Source: a virus. Taken from it: a stretch of 64,000 nt of DNA. Under the pieces are notes generated by a model. It saw nothing but the letters and a program-made list of their open reading frames with translations. It did not search any database and was not told the DNA's origin. How positions within the stretch are numbered: position 1 is the stretch's first letter; each line of letters begins with the position of its first letter. The translations under genes and the position numbers were made by a program. Below are positions 38,023 to 48,137 of the stretch, one piece after another. The stretch is from positions 68,285 to 132,284 of IMG/VR virus record IMGVR_UViG_3300003690_002850; one strand, 5' to 3'.

Positions 38023-38859
38023 ATGTATAATATAGCTTTAAGTTTTTATGGTGAAGGTAGAAATTGGGAAAATAATGCCGCAAAAAATATTGAAAAGTTT
38101 AAAAAATTAGATCAAAATAAATTTAATATAGATGTGTATTTTCATTTATGGGATAATATTACACGTAGATGTAGAAATATTAAAGATTTAATTAAAGATA
38201 AAGCAAATTTAGATGATTTATGTGTCATTGAATCTAATTTAGAACATAAAGAATTAATAAACATAATCCAACCTGTAAATTATAAAATAGAAAATAAAAA
38301 CGTACTCGACGAATATGTAGATAAATTCAACCCTAGTAATGAATTTATGTCTTGCGAACAGATTAAACAAGCTATTAAGTATTCAAACACCCCATCCTTT
38401 TCACAACTTTATAGTATGTCTCAAAGCTTTGAAGTAATTGAAGATAAGGACAAATATGATTTAATTATTATTTTAAAAACTGATTGTTTGTTTGATGATG
38501 AATCAATTACAGATAAAACATTACAATTTTATTGTAGATATATTACTCAAAGAAACTCATTACTTGTAGAAAGAATGTCTTTCGTACCAGGTAGAAAAGA
38601 ACCATGGATATATCATGTTTACTTGCTAGGTAATGCTACTGTTTTTAATGATATGTTTGATAATTTTCCGAAAATACCTATAGGTATGGGTATGTATACT
38701 AATAAAACCCCAATATGGAAAGGTAGTAGTCATGCTGAATTAGCAAACTATATTTTATACCATACTACTGTACATAGAGTATGGCCTATTCTTCATCAAA
38801 GTCATCCACGGTTTGTAGGTAGAACTAATCAATTTAAATTAGAAGTACTTCAACCATGA
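38023..38859 (+). CDS. same family, paralog B
   Basis: IALSFYGEGR, VYFHLWD, YSNTPSFSQL (shared with A), YDLIIILKTD. Confidence 0.55.
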   Translation: MYNIALSFYGEGRNWENNAAKNIEKFKKLDQNKFNIDVYFHLWDNITRRCRNIKDLIKDKANLDDLCVIESNLEHKELINIIQPVNYKIENKNVLDEYVDKFNPSNEFMSCEQIKQAIKYSNTPSFSQLYSMSQSFEVIEDKDKYDLIIILKTDCLFDDESITDKTLQFYCRYITQRNSLLVERMSFVPGRKEPWIYHVYLLGNATVFNDMFDNFPKIPIGMGMYTNKTPIWKGSSHAELANYILYHTTVHRVWPILHQSHPRFVGRTNQFKLEVLQP

Positions 38860-39803
38860 AAATAGCTGTTTTATTATGCGCTCAACCTAGATTTTTGAAT
38901 CTAACATATAAAAGAGTAAAAGAAGAATTTGATATTCCTAATGTACAAGTTGATTTTTTTATACATTTTTGGAATGTGGTAGGGTTTTCCCCGACATGTG
39001 AAAGAACTAAAGATTATATAGCTGATGATAATTTAGAAGAGTATATAAATTATTTAAAACCTAAAAAATATAAAATTGAAGATTATTCTGAATTAGATAA
39101 CTTAGTTTTTTTGTTCAAAAACATGCATACCTTTTTAGTTAGTGATAAAATAACATTAAAGAATATAAAAGATAAATATCGATATGAATTTGGTCAATGG
39201 TTTAGTAATAAAAGAGCATATGCGTTAATGGAAGAATATGAACAAGAGAATAATTTTAAATACGACACTGTTATAAGGACAAAAACTGATTATATTTATA
39301 ATGATAGTGACAAAATTGAAAACTATATTATTCCTGAAGATAAAATAAATACAAATTTCGCATTAGTAACAAATTTAAAAATACGAAAATATATACACGA
39401 AAAAAACGGGTTTAAAAATCATCCATTAAAAGAATATATACCAGGAGTAACATTCAAAGGTGAAAGTATATATGAAAACATTAGATATGATATTAACACT
39501 ATGGCCGCAACTAGATCTGCTGCTTATTTTTTATTTAACACTTGGTTTAAAACATATTTAAAAACTCTCATTTTTGATACTGTAAATAAGTTAGAAAAAG
39601 ATTTTGAATCTCATAAAAAACAAGATGTTGTATGGGGGAACGCAGCGATATATAATAAGATACACTTAGTTGGAAAGCGAAGAAGATATATTCGTTTATA
39701 TTTAAAAGATAAATGTAAAACTTCTTGGATTGATAGATCGGAAAATACAACTATAGAAGTTACAGGTTTAAATCATCCCAGTGATTTAGACTCTTATGTT
39801 TAA
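38856..39803 (+). CDS. same family, paralog C
   Basis: KIAVLLCAQPRF, FFIHFW, RYEFGQ, YDTVIRTKTD. Confidence 0.55.
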   Translation: MKIAVLLCAQPRFLNLTYKRVKEEFDIPNVQVDFFIHFWNVVGFSPTCERTKDYIADDNLEEYINYLKPKKYKIEDYSELDNLVFLFKNMHTFLVSDKITLKNIKDKYRYEFGQWFSNKRAYALMEEYEQENNFKYDTVIRTKTDYIYNDSDKIENYIIPEDKINTNFALVTNLKIRKYIHEKNGFKNHPLKEYIPGVTFKGESIYENIRYDINTMAATRSAAYFLFNTWFKTYLKTLIFDTVNKLEKDFESHKKQDVVWGNAAIYNKIHLVGKRRRYIRLYLKDKCKTSWIDRSENTTIEVTGLNHPSDLDSYV

Positions 39804-40596
39804 ATATAAAATCGCGACCTCTCGCGTCTACTATTTCATAACCGAGAGAGTGTAATAGTTTAAAAATACGCTGCCTAGGTTTAAAAAGACTTAAATGTCT
39901 TTTCCCTGCATAACTTATTTCGACAATTAATACTGGTTTCCATTTTTTTATAGTCTCCATTGCTCCGAGCAACGCGTAATATTCGTGCTCTTCAATGTCA
40001 AGTTTTATACAATCTACATTATTAAAATTATAACTATCAAGTGTACGTACTACACATCCGTGTCCTTTTTTCTTTAAAGAAATTGTTTCCTCTGTGTATC
40101 GCTCCGGTGCGTCGATATCCTTATCCCGTCTGATAGAGACACGAGAAGCCCCGCTGTTCAGTCTCGCACAAACCTTTACATTATCTTCTATACTGCTCAA
40201 ACCATGATCAAAAACTTCAATATTAGAGAACCTACTAGTATTTTGTCTAAGAGCGTGTCTTATATCTTCTCTAATCTCAAAACATTTTACTTCATCGAAA
40301 TATTTCGCAAAAGAAACAGCCATCCAACCATAACTAGACCCGACGTCAATTACAGTTCGCGTGGATGGAAGCCGTCGCCGCCCTTGTTTTCGTCGCTTTG
40401 ATGTCAAAAAATATGGTATTATAATATCATCAACATACCTCTCATGCCACACACAATTTTCTATTCCTACTTGAGCATGATGGAGCATAGCCCCATCCTC
40501 TTCATTAGCTAGAATACACCAATCAGAAATTTTTTGATATTTGAGCTCACCGGTTGAGTGCCGCTGCTCGAGTAGATGATTTTCAATTTCAGGCAT
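39760..40596 (-). CDS. FkbM-family methyltransferase
   Basis: VIDVGSSYG, VKCFE, TLDS, VDCIKLDIEEHE..ALLGA..TIKKWKPVLIVE. Confidence 0.85.
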   Translation of the reverse strand: MPEIENHLLEQRHSTGELKYQKISDWCILANEEDGAMLHHAQVGIENCVWHERYVDDIIIPYFLTSKRRKQGRRRLPSTRTVIDVGSSYGWMAVSFAKYFDEVKCFEIREDIRHALRQNTSRFSNIEVFDHGLSSIEDNVKVCARLNSGASRVSIRRDKDIDAPERYTEETISLKKKGHGCVVRTLDSYNFNNVDCIKLDIEEHEYYALLGAMETIKKWKPVLIVEISYAGKRHLSLFKPRQRIFKLLHSLGYEIVDARGRDFIFKHKSLNHWDDLNL

Positions 40597-41539
40597 TGCA
40601 TAATTCAGTCAATACTGTGCTAGTCTGGGTAGCTCGTTTTTGTTTATCGTCTACTCTGTTGTTATATATAACAATATCGCTCTTATCTTTGAGTTGATCA
40701 CAACTCCTACAAATAAAATCTGATTCTGTGCAGGTACCATTAGTGTGATGAGTATGAAGTTCTTGAAAAACCTTTCCGTTGAATATCTCTTCTAATGTTT
40801 GACGTTTAAAATTACCTAAAACTAGTTCATTATTAAAATCAAAACAACACATAATTATATCTCCGTCTATTTGAATTTGTATAGGTCCATTAAACGGTCT
40901 GCCACAAGATTTTAAAGTATTTTCTTCAGTTTTATCTCTATAGGTCTTACCATAAACCCAGTTATGAGGATACCAAATTTCAAGAGAACATTTGTCTTTA
41001 AAATCTTTAATCATTTGTTCTACATCTTCTTTATTCTCCTTAACTATATCAGCTGTAATTATAATATCACTTTCCTCTGGTTTATTTTCAATAGCATAAT
41101 TGACATTTTTCATGACTGAATCGAAATCAAATCCAGAAGATTTATACCGCATGACTCTACCATAACTGTCTGGGTTTGTGGTATGAAGACTTATTCTTAT
41201 ATCCTTAACCCCAATTTTATATATTTTGTCTATACGTTCCGGGGTAAGCATAGATCCGTTTGTTAAAAGATGTATAAGTAGGTCGGTTTCGCCAGCGTAA
41301 GCAATCTTTTCGACAATCCCTTTGTCGATAAAAATTTCACCAAATCCAGAAAATGTAGTTTCTTTTATTTGATCACCTATTTCATTCAATATTTTATCTA
41401 AATAAAATTTATAATCATCTAAGGACATTACTTCTCTTTTTCGGATAAAATCTTCAGTAGGATGAGGACAAAACACACACCCTGCATTACAGGCAGTAGA
41501 TGTCTCTATTCTAACCTCGTTTGTAGATGGTATCATCAT
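40589..41539 (-). CDS. radical SAM protein with SPASM/twitch domain
   Basis: CNAGCVFC, SGFGE, LTNG; C-terminal CGRPF...DGDIIMCCFD...LGN...CRSC. Confidence 0.88.
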   Translation of the reverse strand: MMIPSTNEVRIETSTACNAGCVFCPHPTEDFIRKREVMSLDDYKFYLDKILNEIGDQIKETTFSGFGEIFIDKGIVEKIAYAGETDLLIHLLTNGSMLTPERIDKIYKIGVKDIRISLHTTNPDSYGRVMRYKSSGFDFDSVMKNVNYAIENKPEESDIIITADIVKENKEDVEQMIKDFKDKCSLEIWYPHNWVYGKTYRDKTEENTLKSCGRPFNGPIQIQIDGDIIMCCFDFNNELVLGNFKRQTLEEIFNGKVFQELHTHHTNGTCTESDFICRSCDQLKDKSDIVIYNNRVDDKQKRATQTSTVLTELCNA

Positions 41540-41545
41540 AATAAA

Positions 41546-42259
41546 TTATTTACGCTTATATCCTAAAACATCAAACAGATCTGAAGAAAATATCTTATTA
41601 AACTTATCATATAATGAATCAGTAAAGTACTGTTCATATGTATAACCAAATTCTGAGTGAGTTTTATTAAATTTTTTTCTACCATGAGTTTCAATACATT
41701 CTGCTAACATATCTTTATCCATGTCAGGTACATGAGAAGTAATAGTATCAACTATTTCCTGTCGACCCTGTTCAGTCCAAAACTGTTCTAATCTTATAAA
41801 AACAATATTATCATTTAAATTATGATTTTTATTTGTCTTTGAATATATTTCGTATTGAGAATGGTCTCTTAAAAAGTCATACATACTAGTAATAGTTAAA
41901 TAAGAGTTGTGTTCCATCTCAAATAGTACTTTTTCTTCATCAGTTTCTAGACTACTTATACGGTCCTTGTAACTTAGACCATTATATCTCTCGTGAGGCT
42001 GCGTACACCATTTTTCTTTTGTTGTTTGATGGTATCTCATACCTGATACTATAGTTTCATACGGGTTTCTTATACAAAGTATAACTTTACTTTTTTCTAG
42101 TACATAATGATTAAACCCTATTCCTAATTTCTTTTTAAATTGAAACTCAAAATCAGGAACGTTCTCTTTGTACATTCTAAAAAGTACTCTAATTGCGTTA
42201 ATTCCGGTTTTATGCCAGGCTCCTATATAGATATTGGCGTTGTTAGTACCTCTGATCAT
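41546..42259 (-). CDS. sulfotransferase-like protein, copy 1
   Basis: 5'-PSB-like HKTG, 3'-PB-like IRNPYETIVS, IRLE, C-terminal LGY. Confidence 0.6.
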   Translation of the reverse strand: MIRGTNNANIYIGAWHKTGINAIRVLFRMYKENVPDFEFQFKKKLGIGFNHYVLEKSKVILCIRNPYETIVSGMRYHQTTKEKWCTQPHERYNGLSYKDRISSLETDEEKVLFEMEHNSYLTITSMYDFLRDHSQYEIYSKTNKNHNLNDNIVFIRLEQFWTEQGRQEIVDTITSHVPDMDKDMLAECIETHGRKKFNKTHSEFGYTYEQYFTDSLYDKFNKIFSSDLFDVLGYKRK

Positions 42260-42272
42260 AATATCATATAAA

Positions 42273-42962
42273 TTATTTACGAGAATATCCTAGACTCTCA
42301 ACGAGATCTTCAGGAAACAAATTGTCAAACTCTTTATATAATGAATCAGTAAAGTGATCTTGATATGTATAATTAAAGCCTGAGTGAGTTTTATTAAATT
42401 TTTTTCGCCCATGAGTTTTAATACATTTTGTTAATATATCTTTATCCATGTCAGGTATATGAGAAGTAATAGTGTTAACCACTTCTTGTCGACCCTGTTC
42501 AGTCCAAAACTGTTCTAATCTTATAAAAGCAATATTATCATTTAAATTATGATTTTTATTTTTATTTGAATAGCATTTGTATTGACAATGCTCTCTTAAA
42601 AATTTATATATACCATTAATAGTTAAATAAGAGTTGTTTTTCATCTCAAATAGTATTTTTTCTTCAATTGATTCAATATCGCATATACACTCTTGATAAC
42701 TCTTACCATTATATTTCTTCTGAGGACAGTTAAACAGGTTTTCTTTTGTTATTTGATGATATCTCATACCTGACATTATTATTTCATATGGGTTTCTAAT
42801 ACAAAGTACAGCTTTACTGTTTTCTAGTATATGATGATTAAAATTTCTATTCCACCTAGTTTTGAGTTTAAACTCAAAATCAGGAACGTTCTCTTTGTAC
42901 ATTCTAAAAAGTACTTTAATTGCGTTAATTCCGGTTTTATGCCAGGCTCCTATATAGATCAT
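42273..42962 (-). CDS. sulfotransferase-like protein, copy 2 (tandem duplicate)
   Basis: long identical stretches with 41546..42259 (IYIGAWHKTGINAI, FIRLEQFWTEQGRQE). Confidence 0.6.
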   Translation of the reverse strand: MIYIGAWHKTGINAIKVLFRMYKENVPDFEFKLKTRWNRNFNHHILENSKAVLCIRNPYEIIMSGMRYHQITKENLFNCPQKKYNGKSYQECICDIESIEEKILFEMKNNSYLTINGIYKFLREHCQYKCYSNKNKNHNLNDNIAFIRLEQFWTEQGRQEVVNTITSHIPDMDKDILTKCIKTHGRKKFNKTHSGFNYTYQDHFTDSLYKEFDNLFPEDLVESLGYSRK

Positions 42963-43789
42963 AATAACATTTGATATAAGTTATTTATTTCTTCAAATAA
43001 CGGTATATTTTTATTTTGTAAATATAACTGTTCAGTCTCTTTAATATATTTCCTTACATACTTCATAAAATCATTTATATCTGTATAATTAGTGTTAGAA
43101 AATTTATATTGATGTTTCCATAACGAAATACTATGTAAATGGTAAAATTGGATTGATATTGGATACTCAAAAATTTTATAATTATAGGAAATCTGTGATG
43201 ACAGTCTACCGCTCGCACCTAGCTTGCGCTGAATCCTCAGAGGGTCGAGAATCTCGGTATACCTTGAGTGATCTGCTTTATACATTTCATATTTTTTGAG
43301 ATCAATATTGTTATTTTTATTAAAAATTAAACAATGATTACTTTGTATTTTATTCATTGGGTTCTTAAAACCAAAAACTCGGTTTCTATAACCTGGTTTT
43401 CGTCGACCACCGATTGGATCTAGAAAACTATAATTAAAAATATTAATACCTTCGGTTAATTCATCTGTTTTTGGTAATGATAAAAAAATATCATCATCAT
43501 CTTGTTGAAAAAATAAAATATTACTACTTGAGTTTTTGTTAAGATATTCTTCGCAGTGTTGATTACTTTCTAATATTATATCAAAGCACCCCATATTAGA
43601 AATATGGTTGAGAACTAAATCTCGAATACGTTTTCTAAAAGGTAAATATTTTATTTTTAAGTTCTCGTCCCATAACTTAGTTATTTCTAGATAATACTTA
43701 TATTGGTGTTTAGGTTTTGAGAATAATGGATATACGTTTAATCCTTCCCAATACTTATCATTACATCTAATATGACAAACTTTTTTCAC
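42959..43789 (-). CDS. hypothetical protein, possible GT-A fold
   Basis: FFQQDDDDIF acidic motif; lies inside the glycan island. Confidence 0.45.
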   Translation of the reverse strand: MKKVCHIRCNDKYWEGLNVYPLFSKPKHQYKYYLEITKLWDENLKIKYLPFRKRIRDLVLNHISNMGCFDIILESNQHCEEYLNKNSSSNILFFQQDDDDIFLSLPKTDELTEGINIFNYSFLDPIGGRRKPGYRNRVFGFKNPMNKIQSNHCLIFNKNNNIDLKKYEMYKADHSRYTEILDPLRIQRKLGASGRLSSQISYNYKIFEYPISIQFYHLHSISLWKHQYKFSNTNYTDINDFMKYVRKYIKETEQLYLQNKNIPLFEEINNLYQMLL

Positions 43790-44919
43790 GAAAATCTATG
43801 TGTTAATATATCCTTTCTAATTTGAGCTTCTGATTCAGCTTTAATTTTTCCTCCAGTTCTGATGTCTTTTTTTACCCATTTTGGATGAATTAACCTCGCA
43901 TCTCTTCTAGGAGATATCCTTTCAGCAGCTAAGTTGTAATTAAGTAACATCTGACCTTGTAGACAATGATCAGATTGAGAAATAAACCAACTATTGGAAT
44001 TATTATGCTGCATGTCTTTTGACAGAGTACGGAAGTAATTTTCAAACCAATTACAATACATTATTTCAGCTCCTTCGCGATTAGCTATTAATGTCCAATC
44101 ATTAAATGCTACTCTTTTATTATAATCTTCAGTGTGCTTAATCCAATGACATTCGTTTTCCGGGTCATATTTTGTTTTTATGTGTGTTTCAAACGTTCCA
44201 TCTTTGTTTTTGTGTATAATAGATCGTCTCTCAAGTGATATATGATTATTATAAAATCTAAACATACCTATGTTGTTATCTTTAGGCACAGGTCTTACTC
44301 CTGTTGCTTTACTTAGACGTCTTTCTGTAAGATCTACATATCTAAGCGCTGTACATTTTACGTGAGGAACGTTAAAGCATAGATCTGTATATAATGCCTC
44401 TTTTGCAGCATAATATTCTTTTTCACTTTCATATGTTTCTTTTGGTTGATATACAATATCTGTTCTTACTTTGATAACTATATCATATTTAAAGTTGTTT
44501 TCATGTTCGTATGACATAATACGTCTAAAGGCCCACTTCATACTTTGATGCTGCCCGAATTTGTATCTTAATTTTTCGATTACACTGTTTATACTTATTG
44601 GTAGGTTTCGGTTATGTAATTTTATAAAATTTAATATATTATTACATGTTTCATCTAAATTTTCATAGTTTTGTATAATTATATTTCTCTGTGATGGTTT
44701 GTTAGGAAGAACTGAATTAGGTAATTTTTCTTCTACTAAATCATATATTTCTTTTTTGTCATATTCCTCCTCTTCACCATTAGGTATATACCCAATTTTA
44801 TCCCACCAATGAGCGAAATAATGTACTTCGTGACCTGGGAGATCGAATTCTTCTCTTATTAGATTAATAGTATGCTTTAAAAATCTAGGCTGCCCAAACA
44901 TTAATATTGCTATTTTCAT
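43786..44919 (-). CDS. GxPR...HxW family, paralog D (closest to 38856..39803)
   Basis: MKIAILMFGQPRFL...EEFD.P, RYKFGQ, FKYDIVIKVRTD. Confidence 0.55.
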   Translation of the reverse strand: MKIAILMFGQPRFLKHTINLIREEFDLPGHEVHYFAHWWDKIGYIPNGEEEEYDKKEIYDLVEEKLPNSVLPNKPSQRNIIIQNYENLDETCNNILNFIKLHNRNLPISINSVIEKLRYKFGQHQSMKWAFRRIMSYEHENNFKYDIVIKVRTDIVYQPKETYESEKEYYAAKEALYTDLCFNVPHVKCTALRYVDLTERRLSKATGVRPVPKDNNIGMFRFYNNHISLERRSIIHKNKDGTFETHIKTKYDPENECHWIKHTEDYNKRVAFNDWTLIANREGAEIMYCNWFENYFRTLSKDMQHNNSNSWFISQSDHCLQGQMLLNYNLAAERISPRRDARLIHPKWVKKDIRTGGKIKAESEAQIRKDILTHRFS

Positions 44920-44931
44920 ATTCTTATTGTG

Positions 44932-45771
44932 TTAAAATACAGGTAAATGTTTCCAGTTATGATGATTAAATAAAACTTTCTCATAACCACCAGTCCCTAG
45001 TGGATCTACATTAACATATAGAGAATTATTAATTATTTTCGCTGGGGTCCCTGGAAACCAATCACCATTGTGAAATGATGATGGTAATTCTTTGACCATA
45101 TTAAATTTTTGAATTATATAATTAAATAATCCTTGCCCAGCGAAATGTTCTCTATTGTATTTGTACATTTTTGGTGCCAATTCTTTCCAATATTCGTATA
45201 ATCTCCTCCAAGCACTTATGCGAGCAACTTGAACACCGGCCTGGTATATTATCCAGTCTTTCGATATATCATTAAATATTTTGTTCATTTCTAAATACCC
45301 ATGTAATAAATTACCTTCTCTGTAAATCCTTGTACTCTTTTTGTCGTCATAGTGATCCCTACACTGTCCAAACTCCGTTGCACCTAAATTATTAATAATT
45401 ATTAATTCTTTCTCTGTGAATCCGCGTTGCATTATAACATCCCAATCACATAAAATCAAGATATCATTATCATTAAAATTAATAAAGTCTACAAATTCAC
45501 CAGATTCTAGACATATATAATTTGGCCTATCCGGGAAACTACTTTTTAAATTTACATGTCTGCTATAATTAATTGAGTTAATATCTATTGTTACTATTTC
45601 TATCTTAGAAGGTAGATTATAGCCTGCCAACGGCCCTCCTGCAGTACCATCATCCATGAGCATTAATATAATTCTATTTTTTCCAGCATGTTTTACAACA
45701 CTATCAATAAATCCGCGATGTTTTGTGTTCCAATAATTATTATCAATATTCGTCGCTATTATAATATTCAT
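44932..45771 (-). CDS. GT-A glycosyltransferase-like protein
   Basis: LCDWDV (DxD), YQAGV, GQGLFNY, FNH. Confidence 0.55.
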   Translation of the reverse strand: MNIIIATNIDNNYWNTKHRGFIDSVVKHAGKNRIILMLMDDGTAGGPLAGYNLPSKIEIVTIDINSINYSRHVNLKSSFPDRPNYICLESGEFVDFINFNDNDILILCDWDVIMQRGFTEKELIIINNLGATEFGQCRDHYDDKKSTRIYREGNLLHGYLEMNKIFNDISKDWIIYQAGVQVARISAWRRLYEYWKELAPKMYKYNREHFAGQGLFNYIIQKFNMVKELPSSFHNGDWFPGTPAKIINNSLYVNVDPLGTGGYEKVLFNHHNWKHLPVF

Positions 45772-46550
45772 TTTTCATTAGTACTATATACTAACTTATA
45801 ATTAAATCTAAGTATGTCTTCTGGTACTTTTAAATCTTTAAGCTTTTCATTATACAATTTTGCGTTTATTCTTTTATCACGAGATAAATTAGTACCACCA
45901 GCTCTTTTTTTCCATGCTCTGTTTGGTCCACTAAAATTTGTTTTAGATAATTTACCGTGATCGACGTTTGTTTTTGAGGTTACAGTAATTGGTGTACGTA
46001 ACTTTTTAAGTGTAAATCCATATACCCTTAATAATTTTAGCCAATGTATGTTTTCATATCCCCAGTGCCCGCAAAAATCTTCATCCATTGGATATTGTAA
46101 GAAATCTTGTTTTCGCATAAAAAAGGGCGACGGTAAATACCTATAAATATATTCATTTGTCCTAAAGTCAAAAAATTTATAATCATAAAGCGGAAATTGA
46201 TATATTTCTTTTTCATTTAAATTTATATTAACTAATTCTGTAATATGTTGTTTAGTAAGTATTGAATCTATATCTATATAACAAACATTATTACTTCTCG
46301 CCACGTGTACGCCTAGATTTCTTCCTCCAGAAAGGTTCCAAGGTATATCTTCTTCTATTTCATATAAATCTAAGTTAGTATGAGTTAATTTAGGTAAAAA
46401 ATCTCGAGCAGGGTAATCCTTACTACCATCATCAATTAAAATAATGTTTACTTTATCTCCAAATTCAGGTAATATAAATTTATCTAGCCATGTCAGATAT
46501 TCAGTTAGATAAACATTTTGGTTATAATATGCAATTATAATATCGATCAT
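45768..46550 (-). CDS. GT2/GT7-like glycosyltransferase
   Basis: IIIAYYN, LIDDGS, GRNLG, IDID, MDEDFCGHWGYEN. Confidence 0.78.
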   Translation of the reverse strand: MIDIIIAYYNQNVYLTEYLTWLDKFILPEFGDKVNIILIDDGSKDYPARDFLPKLTHTNLDLYEIEEDIPWNLSGGRNLGVHVARSNNVCYIDIDSILTKQHITELVNINLNEKEIYQFPLYDYKFFDFRTNEYIYRYLPSPFFMRKQDFLQYPMDEDFCGHWGYENIHWLKLLRVYGFTLKKLRTPITVTSKTNVDHGKLSKTNFSGPNRAWKKRAGGTNLSRDKRINAKLYNEKLKDLKVPEDILRFNYKLVYSTNEK

Positions 46551-47596
46551 GTTCTAAATTCAGTTAAGTTGCCCCAATCATGTTTGTCGTATTGGCAGTC
46601 TTTATTTATAATTTTTAATAGTTTTTTGTGCTCTGAGTGTTTAGTATCAAAAATATTATGTTCGTTAAACTGTTCATCTTTAAATGTACCCCAGTTAAAT
46701 ATTCTCGATGTGTAGGAATCAAAATTATATCGTTTAGCTATTTCAATAAATTCAGGTATGCTCTGATAATTATTTTTTTGTACACACATATCTAATCTAA
46801 CCCATGGTAAATTAAGAGATTGTATAAAAGTTAAATTCTTCATCAATCGATCCCAATCTCCTCCTACTCTAACTTTATCATAATGCTCTTTTATACCAGC
46901 ATCTAAACTAATAATAGTTTTTATGTTTAATCTATGTATATTTTTTAATTTTGCCCATCTCTGCGCATCCCATAATACTCCATTTGTTTGTAGTGTTAAT
47001 GAGATTTTCGGGTTCAGCCGTGGGTTAATTTTTTTCATTAGTTCAAAAAACGATGGCGACCCAAATGGATCACCTGAACCTGTTATATTAAGATTAACGT
47101 CATGAGGCTTACTATGAATCATTTGTAATAGTTTATCATTAATTTTTAATACTTGTTTGTATTGTCGTGGAAAGTTCTTTTCGTTATAAAATATTTTTTG
47201 CTTTCTGCAACTAGGACATTCTAAATTACAAGACCTATCATAACATAGATTAATAGTAGAAGGTAGATCAGATATATCTAGATCCATTTCTACAATTGTC
47301 TTTAATTTTTCACCATGTAATCCATTTAATATGTCAGCCCGCTTTGGTAAGCTTTTATTTTGAATCATAGGACACTCCTCCCTACTACACATACTAAAAG
47401 AACCATCTAGAATAGTTCGCCTGAACGCTCTACTAGGTTCACTATTCCATTCCTTAGCGAAATCTAATTCGGGAGTAATTTCTCCTATTTTGTTCATTTT
47501 AACCCACCTAGGACAACAATTATATAAACCTTTTTCCTGTATTTCTAAAAAAGTCCATGGCCGGTCACAAAACCTAGTTGCAAGATCATTTGACAT
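46547..47596 (-). CDS. radical SAM protein with N-terminal SPASM-like domain
   Basis: FCDRPW...CCP...C...CP; CNLECPSC; GSGDPF; QTNG; SLDA. Confidence 0.85.
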   Translation of the reverse strand: MSNDLATRFCDRPWTFLEIQEKGLYNCCPRWVKMNKIGEITPELDFAKEWNSEPSRAFRRTILDGSFSMCSREECPMIQNKSLPKRADILNGLHGEKLKTIVEMDLDISDLPSTINLCYDRSCNLECPSCRKQKIFYNEKNFPRQYKQVLKINDKLLQMIHSKPHDVNLNITGSGDPFGSPSFFELMKKINPRLNPKISLTLQTNGVLWDAQRWAKLKNIHRLNIKTIISLDAGIKEHYDKVRVGGDWDRLMKNLTFIQSLNLPWVRLDMCVQKNNYQSIPEFIEIAKRYNFDSYTSRIFNWGTFKDEQFNEHNIFDTKHSEHKKLLKIINKDCQYDKHDWGNLTEFRT

Positions 47597-47639
47597 GTAT
47601 AATTAATTAGAGGAACCAACGTATATTTCAATAGTAATT

Positions 47640-48128
47640 ATGACTGCAACTAAAACTAAAACTAAAACTAAAACTAAGAAGGCACCAGCGAAAGACTCTA
47701 ACGAAGTGGCGGCGGATATGGAAATTAATGATCCACTTGCTGATGATATGTTTGAAAATGTAGATATATTTTTTAATGGAGCCGCATATAAGCCTGCAAA
47801 AGAGGATATACATGAGATTACATTTTTGAACACCACAACAATCCAGGCAAAAGTTAAACCTAATCTCTCAGTTTTCTGGAATCCTTTAATCTGGGATTGG
47901 ACTAAAGTACCTGATAAGGAAGCATATGAAATAAAATATAAGCGGAAGTGTCAAGCTATTTATTTCAAGGAAAAGGTTTTTCTTGTAGAGAAATCAAAAA
48001 TCAAGAAGGGTATTGTTAATGACGACTTTGTTGATACTGCCGAGCTTCCGATTGGTATTGTTGTTTATTGGGCCGTAGAAGCTGAAACATGGGAAATGTT
48101 AGGGTACAAGGAAACACTTTTACGCTAA
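47640..48128 (+). CDS. hypothetical protein
   Basis: 162-aa ORF, divergent from the radical SAM gene. Confidence 0.6.
   Translation: MTATKTKTKTKTKKAPAKDSNEVAADMEINDPLADDMFENVDIFFNGAAYKPAKEDIHEITFLNTTTIQAKVKPNLSVFWNPLIWDWTKVPDKEAYEIKYKRKCQAIYFKEKVFLVEKSKIKKGIVNDDFVDTAELPIGIVVYWAVEAETWEMLGYKETLLR
47649..47678 (+). repeat. in-frame hexanucleotide microsatellite (ACTAAA)4-ACTAAG encoding TKTKTKTKTK
   Basis: seen directly. Confidence 0.9.
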
Positions 48129-48137
48129 TGTTTTTTA

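Noticed and set aside
47649-47678. Microsatellite as a phase-variation switch
   Set aside because: The hexamer unit preserves frame, so it only changes the length of a TK tract
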